From Octopus sinensis (taxonomy: Eukaryota), in assembly GCF_006345805.1 (NCBI RefSeq), contig NC_042997.1, forward strand, positions 15,128,001-15,192,000: a DNA stretch of 64,000 nucleotides, in the 5' to 3' direction. Numbering within the stretch: position 1 is the stretch's first letter; every line of letters begins with the position of its first letter. Positions 1-11,618 of this stretch are shown piece by piece. Position numbers and translations under genes: made by a program. Below the pieces are notes generated by a model. The model was not told where the DNA came from. It searched no databases and saw nothing but the letters and a program-made list of their open reading frames with translations.

Positions 1-201
1 GGCCATATCCGGCCAAAATAGTTAATCTGTTTTATGTTCAAACTGATCAAATCCAGGCTCTCACACCTACCCTACAATGTTATTCTATATTAAATAATTA
101 CACCATCAAGATCTTGAAGATATGAGATAATGCATGATTAATTCAAATCAATGGGAATCAAAAGGCATTATGTTTGATAGAATAATCTGAACGCTAAAGG
201 G
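1..201. mobile_element. piggyBac-type MITE family 1 (~220 bp, CCCTTTAG...CTAAAGGG, TTAA TSD); copy cut by window edge
   Basis: Ends ctaaaggg+ttaa. Same family: full copies 21821-22036, 38364-38582, 48926-49144, 52264-52482, 55278-55498, 61699-61919; partial copies ~265-345, ~960-1058, ~32230-32400, ~36990-37107. Confidence 0.8.
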
Positions 202-542
202 TTAAATGAACACAATGCACTCTTTAACTGTCCAACCCATGCCAGCATGGAAAACATGTTAAATGTTTTGAATTAATCATGCATTATTTAGTAGCTTTGA
301 GACTTTGATGATGTGATTGTTTATTTTTAGAATGGTATTGTAAAAGAGGAAACAAACTACTAGTATTTTATTGCCTTCACAGTGTTTACTGTTTAACAAA
401 ATCAAACTAGAAAACTGGACAAAGCAGAGAACACAACTGAAAAAATTAAAAAGAAAAAAGAAAAAAAGAGGAAAAAAAAACCCCAAAACAATTCACTGCC
501 TTTAGTTGAAAAGTTGGGGGCACTGGGAAACCTCTTTAATGG

Positions 543-746
543 CTATTGAGACATGCTTGTAGCATTGCTACGGGTAATGGCGAGGCTGATATGCTGGAAC
601 AGCCAAGTGCCCACACAAGCCTCACCAGTTACCTCTGCAAGGCAAGTTGCCAGTGAAGCCAGGAATCTCGCAGTTAGTGGTCCAATCCCACCAAATGTCT
701 TAAATGCCACAAGATGGAAAATGTAGTTGGCTGATAGATTGTGGTA
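543..746 (-). mobile_element. Relic of a CRE-like (restriction-like endonuclease) non-LTR retrotransposon, C-terminus
   Basis: Minus frame reads YHNLSANYIFHLVAFKTFGGIGPLTARFLASLATCLAEVTGEACVGTWLFQHISLAITRSNATSMSQ*, fitting the RLE C-terminal pattern KY..L...Y.F.P.A.ET.G..G...L.Q.IS.AI.R.NA. Confidence 0.7.
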
Positions 747-1147
747 TTATAAGACAATGAGTTAGCAGAAACGTTAGCACACCGGGCGAAATGCTTAGTG
801 GTATTTTGTCTGCCGCTACGTTCTAAGTTCAAATTCCGCCGAGGTTGACTTTGCCTTACATCCTTTCGGGGTCAATAAATTAAGTACCAGAGGGCTAGCT
901 TTGGAACTCAATCAAGGGAGTGAGTTAGCAGAGGAGGCAGGGTAAGCAGCATTGGTTCCAAAGGTGGGGCTAGAACGGAGTAAGTTAGATGTGGCCAGTT
1001 TGAATATAAAACAAGTAGAATATTTGGGTTGGATATAACTGGATTAAATGTTAAAGGGTTAAAATACAAGTCCATGTATTAGTCTGTGTTTCTGAAGCAA
1101 AAGTTGAATTCTAGTTCTGAAGTTTTTATTTGTTTATTTATTTGTAG

Positions 1148-1248
1148 ATAATCATTGGCCATGATGGAGTTAGTGGTTTAAATTATGAACATACATCAGC
1201 GGAAGGCGTTGTTCTTGTGTCGCTTATAGATCATGCCCTTGATTTCTG
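1148..1248 (+). CDS. CRAT: Carnitine O-acetyltransferase, internal exon with catalytic His (IIIGHDGVSGLNYEHTSAEGVVLVSLIDHALDF)
   Basis: tttgtag acceptor, gtatgt donor, 101 nt, phase 0 to 2; YEHxxxEG matches the choline/carnitine acyltransferase catalytic motif; splices in frame to 4002. Confidence 0.93.
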
Positions 1249-3195
1249 GTATGTATTGGGAGTTTGGTTTCTTTTTTTTTTCAATTCTTTTATTGGTTTC
1301 AGTCATTGGACTGCAACTGTGTTGAGGTGCCATTTTCAAGAGCTTAACCAATCATGTTGATACCATTTCCTATTTCATTCTGGTTCTTATTTTATTGATC
1401 TCTTATTTTTTTGAACCGCTAAGTTTTGGGATGTAAACAACAGCAGTTTTGTAGGCTGCTATCAACACACACACACACACACACACAAAATGGGCTTCTG
1501 CACAGTTCCTCTCTCACAAATTCCACTTACAAGGTATTGGAGAGCCCAAGTCTCTCGAAGAAGATGCATGCTCAAGTTACTATGCGGTAGGATTGAACTC
1601 AGAACCACACAGTTATGCTTACTCCTATTTTGATACACATTTATATGGATGGCAGAGTATGGGGTAGTCTCTCTTTCATATTTTAGCCTTCAACACCTGG
1701 CATGAAGCCACCTGCCCTCTCTTAGATACTCTCGTACTCAGTCACGGTGGTTTTTTACTTTTTGTTTCTTTGCTTTCTTTTGCAAGTTACTTGGCAACTG
1801 CACTAGCACTGTTGTCATGAAAAAAGCACCCAGTACACTCTGTAAAGTGGTTGGTATAAAGAATGACATCCAACCATAGAAACCTTACCAAAGCTAACAA
1901 TGGGGTCTGACACAGTTCTGTGGCTCATCGGATCCTGTTAAACCCTCAAACTCATACCAGCATGGAAAATAGATGTTAAATGATGATGATGATGATAAAA
2001 TATAAATTCCTAGTAAACTGAAACTAGGATTGCACCTAGAAAGTTAGGTACTCCCAGGCACAAGTCCGGGCAAGGTTGTTTATGGAAGACCAGCAGTCGC
2101 CCATGCATACCGACCTCCCCTCTCCATGCCACCAGTGTTATCCAAAGGAAAGGCAAAGGGGCCGATACAACTTGGCACCTGTGACATCGCAACTCATTTC
2201 TACAGCTGAGTGAACTGGAGCAACATGAAATGCTCAAGAACACAACACGCAACCCGCTCCGGGATTTGAGCTCACAACCTTACGATTGTAAGCTCGATGC
2301 TCTAACCACTGAGCCATGCGCCTTCACAATAGTATATTATTGATACTTATATTGGCTACAGAAGTGGGTAAAAAGTAACTAGAATTTAATTACCAAACTA
2401 AATAGAATAAAATAAACAGTAAAATTCCAAGAAAACTAATACCAGTTTACATAGTCATTGATAGTAAGTATAAAGCATTAGAATACCTTGTGGTATTTGT
2501 TTTCACACTCTGTGCTCTAAGCTCAAATGTCACTGTAGCTAACTTTGCCTTTCATCTTTTAGGCACAGGTATGGCTGTGTGGTTTTGGATTCAGACCTGT
2601 TGCATGGCACTTTGAGCAAGTGTCTTCTCCTTTAGCCCTCCATTTATATGTGTGTTTGTGTTTGTACACATGTATGTATGTGTGTATTAGTGTGTACCCT
2701 TGTCTAGGCATGACATGATGGTTGTAAACAAGCATCACCTTCATACAAGTGCAGCAGTTCAGTTTGTCTTTAGTCTTTGTTGAAAAGTGTCTGGCTCTGG
2801 GAAAATATTACCTTGCTCGGAAATAGGTGAGGGTAGATGATAGGAAGGACATCCAGCCGTAGGAAATCTGCCTCAACAAATTCTGTCTGACTCATACAAA
2901 GGGGACATTGAATAATAATGGTGATTATAGTAATGGAAGTGGGATTCATTGGTTTGTAAATGAGGAAGAAGAGAAAAATGTTTCACATCTCTTTCTCAAT
3001 AAAGAGTTCTCCCCAAGACACACAGTTTTGCCAGGCAAACCTTATTCTGCTTTTAGACTGTTTGACATTTTTTACTATCCTTGTGATGAAATGAAGTAAT
3101 AATTACTAAATTGATTTGTTGATGTTTATTTGCTATGTATGTGAAGGGACATGGCCTAATAGTTAGGATATTGGACTCTCAATTGTTAGATCACC

Positions 3196-3603
3196 TCTGT
3201 CTACGCCGCATCCTTCATGTCCAATGGCATCACTTTGTCTCCAACAATTCAATGCGACACCAGTGCAGAATCACCTCCCTCCGATAAGTCATCCTAACGA
3301 GACGTCAGCGTTGGCTGGGTTATGCCCTCTGTCGTCAACCAGGAGAATTCACCTATGAAGCAATTGCTCCAGCTCCCCTTCAGGGTTGGCAAAAGTGATG
3401 TGGTGGACAACGAAAAACCTGGCTGATGACAGTCAAGGCTGATCTGGAATCCAACCTAGGCCCCCATATCTACGGCGTTCGCCGCTGGAATAAGGGGTGG
3501 TTGGAGATCACGTGGTCATTAACCTCAAATCGCCAGGCCTGGTCGACGTTTGTGAGAGATGCAACATTGAGGATGAATGAAGCCAGCTCAACCCACCCCG
3601 GGT
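3196..3603 (+). mobile_element. Degenerate RTE-like LINE 3' fragment
   Basis: CLRRILHVQW...RRQRWLGYAL...GQRKTWL...NRQAW with in-frame stops. Confidence 0.75.
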
Positions 3604-4001
3604 GAATGCTGTCTCAAGAAGATTGTGGGTTCAGTTCTCAGACTGGGCAATATGTTGTCTACTTGAGCAAAACACTTCCATTTCACATTGCTCCAGTACT
3701 CTCAGCTGAAAAGGAATACCGTTGAGATTGACTGTTATCCTGTTCAGGAGTAGGGGAGTATCTTGCACTCTCATCTTGAAAGTCTAGATAAGCTCTGCTT
3801 TCATGAGCCTGCTGGCTCAAGGCCTGCATATTTGGCTCTCTAATGCATGCAATAAAGAGCTAGATTGGGTAGTTTTTGATATCTTGAATTTGCTGCTTTG
3901 TTGATTAAAAATATATATAAAAACAAAACATAATGTCAGAAAAATTGTGTTGTTTTGTTTTCTTGTGTCATAATATTTTATAAAATTTCTTTTTATTTTA
4001 G

Positions 4002-4121
4002 CTTGCAAAAAAAAAATATTGTGCTTCCTGCTGCAGGAGTTCAAGAGCCTGTTAAATTGAAATTTAATATTGGGCATGATATCCAGTCAGCCATTGAAAC
4101 TGCTAAAGAAAATATCGATTC
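4002..4121 (+). CDS. CRAT: CRAT exon (LQKKNIVLPAAGVQEPVKLKFNIGHDIQSAIETAKENID)
   Basis: ttttattttag acceptor, gtaagt donor, 120 nt, phase 2 to 2; aligns to CRAT P..L.FNI...I...IE.AK.N. Confidence 0.9.
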
Positions 4122-4171
4122 GTAAGTAAATACAGCTTTGTTTTTAATTTTTTTTTTTTTTGACACTTTAA

Positions 4172-5195
4172 CCCTTTCGTTACTATATTTCTGACCAAAA
4201 TACACCCCTTATGTGTTTCAATTAATTTCTAACATAATCATAAATTTAGTCTGGTTTCATTAAACAACTATAACTTTTTTATTTATCAATATATTAATCT
4301 GATTTTTGGAAGATAATTTAATGAAATGTTCTCAACCAATTCTATACTATAATTTTTGTCACAAAGTGACTCTAATTGCATGTAGATACAGGTAAATTCA
4401 AAATATAAAATTATTAAAATTTTGTTCAAACATCGCTATAGAAAATGGGTTATTAGCTAATATTCAATTGGGTATACAACAAAATTTTACGATAGAATTT
4501 GTTATTCTGGGTAACTTTCTGATACCCATAATAATATTTATGGCAAAATAGTCTTAATTTCATTTAAGGTTGTGGGAAACCATTAACTATCCTTTCTTTC
4601 GCTTTGTTTACATTTAGCGTAACGGTTCGTTTCCGCCGTAATGATTTCAAATAGGCTCATTCGAAAAAGTAAAAAGAAATAGTCTAAGGCTTTACTCTCC
4701 TGGGAAAGTCTGTGGCTTGGTCCAGTTTCTTCAGAAAAATCACCGAAAGAAACAGTTTTTAAATTTTCACTCCATTCAGGTGTTTCGGAAAATGAAACAT
4801 CAGATTCATTATCAAATACCACGTGCTTTTTTTTTTCAGTCATAGAGTTATCAAGGTCTTCAGTAGAAAATCCTTCGAATTCTGACTCGCTGCTTGATAT
4901 AATGAAATTCGTATCCATTTTTTGTCAGAATTACAAATTTTGAAAACACAATAGGAACAAATTTCGGAAAAAAATCTCCCAAAATTCACGGAATTAAAAT
5001 TACACTTCGATTATTGTACAGAACTGTAGATGAACTGTTTACGAAGTATAATACGTGTTTTCACGAATGTACCAAAGAGATTTGCTCTGATATTCTCATT
5101 TAAATATGAATAGGTAAATACGGGCAGGTTTGGGCAGTTTGGTCACATTAACCAAAATTTTTCGGGCGGCTTCAACTGCTATGTGAAGAAATTTA
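4172..5195 (-). mobile_element. Internally deleted piggyBac element with N-terminal transposase ORF (4583-4918)
   Basis: Left end TTAA-CCCTTTCGTTAC; ORF has acidic SESEFEGF and DYF.LLF...L.EII..ETNRYA, typical of piggyBac/PGBD transposase N-termini; no DDD core; right TIR not recognisable. Confidence 0.8.
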
Positions 5196-6061
5196 ACTGT
5201 TTCTTAATAACTCAGTACACAGCAGGTGTGTGTGTGGAAAAATTCTATGCTTCCCAAATTTTGGTGCCATTAATCCTGATATGTCTGACAACCTTTCCTC
5301 TGTCCAGCTCTGTCTTATTTTACTTTGTTCTGTGTTCCCTGCATGCACTTTTGGCTTTTATCACTGACTCTCTTTAAGGCATCAAGCTGGCAGAATAGTT
5401 TTACATTTCTTCTGTTTTTACATTTAGTGTTCAAATTCCACTGAGGTTGAAGTGATCGACTAACTTCCTTCACCAAAATTTCAGACCTTGTGCCTATAGT
5501 ACAAGGAATTACTATCTTTCTTTACTGATTGCTGCTTTCTGTCCCCATCACTTACCCTTTTCTGATGAATTGTATGGCATCTAAGTGCTGTATACAATAA
5601 GCTTATTATTATTATCATTATGCGAGCTGGCAGAATTGTTAGCACACTGGCCGAAATGCCTAGCTGTATTTTGTCAGTCCTTACATTCTGAGTTCAAATT
5701 CTACCGAGGTTGACTTCGCCTTTCATCCTTTTGGGGTTGATAAATTAAGTACCAGTGAAACACTGGAGTCGATGTAATTGACTAGTCTCCTCCCATCAAA
5801 TTTCAGGCCTTGTGCTTATAGTAGAAAGGATTATTATTATTATTATTATTATTATTATCAAGGAGTACTTGTCATGAATGCAAATCTTCTGCTGGTGTCT
5901 TGCTATATGCCTGGAACAGAATGTTTTATTGCTGAAGATTTTCAAGTTGGATATCAGCCACATCTTATTTGTCTAGAAGCATTTTTTCATGCTGAATCTA
6001 AAGGAAATGGCAAAGAATCGAGACAAATGCTGCAAGGCATCTGATCTGACATTCTTACAGG

Positions 6062-6480
6062 CAGTGAGCGGCAGAAACGTTAGCATTCTGGATGAAATGC
6101 TTAGCGGTATTTTGTCTGTCGCTACGTTCTGAGTTCAAATTCCGCCGAGGTCGACTTTGCCTTTCATCCTTTTGGGGTCGATTAAATAAGTACCAGTTAT
6201 GCACTGCGGTCGATATAATCGACTTAATCGGTTTGTCTGTCCTTGTTTGTCCCCTCTGTGTGTAGCCCCTTGTGGGCAGTAAAAAAATAAAAAACGTTAG
6301 CATGCCGGATGAAATGCTTAGCGGTATTTTGTCTGTCTTTACGTTCTGAGTTCAAATTCCGCTGAGGTCGACTTTGCCTTTCATCCTTTCAGGGTCGATA
6401 AATTAAGTACCAGTTGCATACTGGGGTCAATGTAATAAACTGCACCCCCCCCCCCCAATTTTGGGCCTTGTGTTTTTGAC
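6062..6480 (+). mobile_element. tRNA-derived SINE family B, multimeric copy
   Basis: Head gagctggcagaaacgttagc..gagttcaaattcc, body gcctttcatcctttcggggtcgataaattaagtacc. Other copies ~759-891, 5622-5858, 11112-11341, 33375-33840, 60705-60935 (+); 41740-42310, 59425-59853, 19880-20035 (-). Confidence 0.85.
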
Positions 6481-7100
6481 CTATTCAAGAAGATGATAGG
6501 CAAGGTTGCCATCACTGGAATTTGAATACAGAATACTGGGTTTCAAAAGAAATACTGTGAAGCATTTTATCTGATGCTCTAACTCTGCCAATCCCATCAG
6601 CAATGATAAAAGCAGTGATCAGTTTGTTTTATACAGATACAAAACGATAAATTTCAAGTTAAGATGAAGTCAGTTAAATTGGTTCCAATACTTGTCTGGT
6701 ATTTATATGATGAAAGGCAAAGTTGACCTCAGCAGAATCTGAACACAAGGAGATGGAACTAAATACTACATGCTCTACTAATTCTACCACCTACCAATTT
6801 GTAAATATTCATGCAAGTATCTAGATTTGAAGAACTATCCAACCCATCCACCCTATTCAGAAAAGAGATATGACTATTGAAACCATCCTAGCATCATTCA
6901 AATCATGTCAGAATTCTCAAATTGTGCCAACAATATCCAAACCATGATTTAAAAAAATATATACGTTTCTTGTCTACATTATTTTATTTCTATTTATTTT
7001 ACCCATTGTTTTGCTTTTTGGGTTTGTATTCTAATGAAAAACAAAAAAATTCATAGACTTGCAATATTAATTGAAAATCTGATTCTTTGTTTTAATTTAG

Positions 7101-7223
7101 CCTGATAGATGATGTTGATTTGACCATCACAGATTACACAAGGTTTGGTAAAGATTTTGCAAAATCTATGAAGCTAAGTCCAGATGCACTTGTTCAGATA
7201 GCATTGCAATTAGCTTATTATCG
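7101..7223 (+). CDS. CRAT: CRAT exon (LIDDVDLTITDYTRFGKDFAKSMKLSPDALVQIALQLAYYR)
   Basis: tttaatttag acceptor, gtgagt donor, 123 nt; FGKDF.KS.KLSPDA..Q.ALQLAYYR CoA-binding motif. Confidence 0.96.
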
Positions 7224-7541
7224 GTGAGTAATTTTTGTGTATTTGCTCATGTTCATATATGTGCATTCTGCAATTTCAACGTAAACATTGAGATAGACTG
7301 AGTACAAGAAAGTCGACAAATAAACATTAGTCAATGTGAAAAGAAAAAAAAAAGAAAAAATAATGAATGTGTATAATATGATGCATTTTATAGAAAGAAT
7401 GGGTTGTAAATTCTGCAGTAGTTCAGTAGGTGAAAGGCAGTGTTTGTTAGAAAAAACTTGAGAAGTAGTTTGAGATTAGATCTTAAAATACAAGACTTCT
7501 TCAGATAAAATGGTACAACAAAATAACTACTAATATATATA

Positions 7542-7741
7542 GTTAATCCAAACAAGAAAGCACAAAACACAACAACGCGAGGACGTGGAACAAATATAGT
7601 ATTATTGGACGCTCAGGAGAGAAGGAAAGAAGGAGGGTTTAACATTTTGAGCGGAGCGCTTCGTCGGAAACATAGGAGAAGGAAAGATCCAGAGAAGGGA
7701 AGACAGAGGAAAAAAATCGCCAACGGTACACACGCGGTCAC
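7542..7741 (-). mobile_element. Penelope-like pseudo-LTR fragment with a degenerate minimal hammerhead-like motif
   Basis: Homologous to 56561-56757; TA-repeat flanks. Confidence 0.55.
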
Positions 7742-7768
7742 ATTTTGAAACTAATATATATATATATA

Positions 7769-8167
7769 TCTTTATATATAAAAGTCAAGTTGTGTGTCTG
7801 TCTCCTACGATTTAGATTCCTAACTACTCCCACATTTTGCGGTGCAGTTTAACCAAAACCAGGTATCTTATAGTCGTGATTCATATCGAGCCCTTCTGGG
7901 TATTAGCGCACGTCTACGATGAGTCTACGATTTAAAAAAAAATTTACCATCATTTTTTTCCATTTTAATGCATTTTTTTCGCTATTATATAAGGGAAGTA
8001 ACTCTCTAAAAATGTCTACGATGAGTCAATGGTTTTAAAAAAAATTTACCATAATTTTTTTTCCATTTTTAATGCATTTTTTTGCTATTTTTGGGCTATA
8101 ACTCTCTAAAAATGCTTATATAGTTATTTCCCTTACAAACCCAAGCAACGCCGGGCGATACTGCTAG
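7769..8167 (+). mobile_element. Non-autonomous Helitron family 1
   Basis: A|TC...cccaagcaacgccggg hairpin...CTAG|T, 399 bp, internal ~90-bp duplication, sits in (TA)n. Confidence 0.85.
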
Positions 8168-8744
8168 TATATATATATATATAAAGACAGTGAAGCTTGA
8201 TACAGTTTTCTGCCAAGCCAGCTCCTGTTAAATCATCCAACGCATGCCAACATGGAAAACAGCTGTTAGATGATGATGATGATGATCATTATCGTTATCG
8301 TCATTGTTTAATATTCGTTTTCTATGCTGGCATGGGTTGGACAGTTTGACAGGAGCTTACCAGCTGAAGGGCTGCTCAGGCTCCATGTCTGTTTTGGCAT
8401 GGTTTCTACGGCTGGATTGCCCATTCCTAATGCCAACCACTTTACAGAGTGTACCAGGTGCTTTTTATGTGGCACCAGCACTTACGAACCCACAAGATTA
8501 GGGATGCTCAGCTGGAGTGGGTTGCAGGGAATGAGCCTGTATGCAAGGACAACCATACTTTTACCTAGCTTGATGTGTCTCTTCAAGCACTGCAAACCAC
8601 CAGGAGTCTCAGTCCTCTGTTACCCACTCTGTGCGTTCCAATCCTGTTGATCCTTTCTCACCACTTTGTTTCACGTCTTCCTAGGTCTACCCCTTCCACA
8701 TGTTCATTTTATAATTAGAAATCAGCATCAGATATATATATATA

Positions 8745-9126
8745 TAAGCAGTATCGCCCGGCGTTGCTCGGGTTTGTAAGGGAAATAACTATATAAGCAT
8801 TTTTAGAGATGTAAAGTATAATAGCCATCTCAATATGGCTAACCACAAAGGATGGTGGGTGCTACTGTAGCTTTTTATGTTCTGAGATTTAATAATAAAT
8901 TTTTAGTGAGTTACTTCCCTTATATATGCAAAAAATGCATTAAAAATGGGAAAAATTGATGGTAAATTTTTTTTTAAATCGTAGACGCGCGCTATTACCC
9001 AGAAGGGCTCGATATGAATCACGACTATAAGATACCCAGTTTTGGTTAAACTGCACCGCAAAATGTGGGAGTAGTTAGGAATCTAAATCGTAGGAGACAG
9101 ACAGCACTCTGTTTTATATATAAAGA
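8745..9126 (-). mobile_element. Non-autonomous Helitron family 1 (variant with a different ~95-bp internal segment)
   Basis: Reverse complement of 7769-8167 at both ends; terminal CTAG degenerate; (TA)n flanks. Confidence 0.8.
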
Positions 9127-9352
9127 TATATATATATATATATATAATCAATAATAATACAGGGTGAAATTAATTAATAATTAATAATTCCAAGTAGTAT
9201 TCGGCATGTTGAAAGGACCATTTTCGGTAAACTTAAACAATATTTTTTATAATTATGAGTATAATTATAAAATATATATATATATACCTTTAGTTTTTTA
9301 ATGTAATGTTGCTTGGTTGTTATATATCATCCAGTAATCTTGTTTTCATTAG

Positions 9353-9551
9353 GGTATATTCTGAACCATGTGCCACATATGAAAGTGGATCAACACGTCG
9401 TTTCAAATTGGGTCGAACTGACACAATACGCTCCTGTACTGTTCCTTCCTACTTGTTCACTCGTGCCATGGATGACACTGGGGTGCCAGTCAATGAAAAG
9501 CTACAGTTCCTCCATCAAGCTATTCAAACTCACAAAAACCTTATAAATGAT
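9353..9551 (+). CDS. CRAT: CRAT exon (VYSEPCATYESGSTRRFKLGRTDTIRS...HKNLIND)
   Basis: ttttcattag acceptor, gtaagt donor, 199 nt; TYES and GRTDTIRS motifs (Thr form = carnitine-type; ChAT has GRVDNIRS). Confidence 0.97.
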
Positions 9552-9935
9552 GTAAGTTCAACTTTGTTATCTGTTTGACGATTAAGTTTATATTATTTTA
9601 CATATTGTATAGGAAAGATTTAAATTTGAGATGAAAATAATTGTTTACTATTTTGTTACTTATTCTCTACCTCCATTTTATTGTTTTCTTTCTTTCATTT
9701 TATTTGCCCCTTCTTTCTTTCTTTACTCTCTTTGAAACACACACACACACATCTGTTTGTCTGACATTGCTTCTAGTCAGTGTAACTAAGGATGCCACTG
9801 TACCTTTCCTTTTCTACACCCCATCACTCCTTTATGTTGTTGCTCCCTATTATAGGACCCACCTAATTTCCATTTGCAATGCCACTGCCCTCATCACTCA
9901 AACTTTTCAGTCCACCTCATTGCCTATATCATATA

Positions 9936-9972
<37 letters not shown>

Positions 9973-10413
9973 AATTGAGATAGGGGTTGTAAATGCAACC
10001 CTCCATGGGATAAAATATATCCAATATACTGCTAGTGAAGTACCCAACAAAGTTAATACATAAATGTTAATGATTGCGATGTAATCAATTCATTTACTGT
10101 ATTATATGGGCAAAGGTAAAATGATTTACCACAAATGGTAATATGTCCTGAACTCATGTGCATGTGGTCAGTAGTCCAGTCCCCTTAGCCTCACAACTAT
10201 TGTGTCTATAATGTATTCACTGTAAGGATGAAAGCTGTTGACCAACTACAAAAGAGGAGTGGTACCTACTTTTATCCATGTTAAGAACCAAGTTATGTTA
10301 CCAGTCTCAATTGTTTTCTATACAAAACTTCTATTCAGTCAGCACACTTAATGACAATCATATTTTATAGAATTTTAAAATGTCTATTGCCATTGTTTTT
10401 CTCTCATTTGCAG

Positions 10414-10551
10414 GCTATAAGTGGTCAAGCAATTGACAGACATCTTCTTGGATTAAAGCTTATAGCTATTGAGAAAGGAATGAACATACCAAATCTGTTC
10501 ATGGACACTGCTTATGCAACAAGTGTGCATCACAAGATCTCAAGTAGCCAG
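10414..10551 (+). CDS. CRAT: CRAT exon (AISGQAIDRHLLGLKLIAIEKGMNIPNLFMDTAYATSVHHKISSSQ)
   Basis: ctctcatttgcag acceptor, gtaaac donor, 138 nt, phase 0; DRHLLGLK (carnitine-binding Arg). Confidence 0.97.
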
Positions 10552-11618
10552 GTAAACTTTCGTGTATTTTTCATTGAATCCTTTCCATCATTTCATTTCT
10601 ATTTTTGTATATTTTCCATGGTAATTAAGTAAAGGCCTTTTCATAACTTGTCAGAGTTTTTTTTCTGTCAAGATGATCTTAATGCTCACAGGTCAATACT
10701 AGATAAGGCACTACCTATATATTTTGTGGAATGAATATATGCACCTGCCACTAATAGGATGTTCCCATGAACTTCTGTTTGACAGTCTGTCAGAAGAGGA
10801 AGATGTGTGCCCATAGCCTTTGAAGTCCTTCTCAGACTGGTGAGACTGATCTTCTGTGAAAATATGTTTCGCTGGAAGAGCATAAGCATAAAAGAAATTC
10901 CAGAGGATTGCAGTCCTGAGAAAATAAAACTTTATTCTGTGCTATCTTCTCAGGACTGCTGAGAAGAAAAGCATGGGTTAGGTGCTTAATGTGGAGGCTT
11001 GGGAGTTGACAGGTGGAGGAAAGGCAAGTGAGCCTATGTTTAGAAGGTGTGCAAGCATTGCACTGATTTTATCTTGCTTTAGAGATGCAGAGTTAATGGA
11101 AACAATAAGGCGACGAGCTAGCAGAAACGTTAGCACGCCGGGCGAAATGCTTAGTGGTATTTTGTCTGCCGTTACGTTCTGAGTTCAAATTCCGCCGAGG
11201 TCGACTTTGCCTTTCATCTTTTCAGGATCGATAAATCAAGTACCAGTTACACACTGGGGTTGATGTAATTGACTTAATCCCTTTGTCTGTTTTTGTTTGT
11301 CCCCTCTATGTTTAGCCCCTTGTGGGCAATAAAGAAATAGGAAACATTAGAGATTAGAATAGTTTAATTTGCTTCCTCACTACTCTGGTTCAAAATCATT
11401 CTTGGATCGACTTGATTTTAAGTGGAATGGTAATTAAACTAGCAGTGGGTTCAACATCTTTCAATTATTCTTGGTATGATTGGTGGCAAAAAAATTGGTA
11501 GAGTTGCTTTTTCAATTTTGATTTATTAATAAAGCTTTAAAGAAACTATTTCATATAAGAGAAATATTCCCTTACTAAATGTTTCTGTTACATATATATA
11601 TATTTATTTCATTCCCAG

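Noticed and set aside
2908-3099. 63-aa ORF MNNNGDYS... in a CRAT intron
   Set aside because: No family similarity or splice support; the flanking CRAT exons already join in frame
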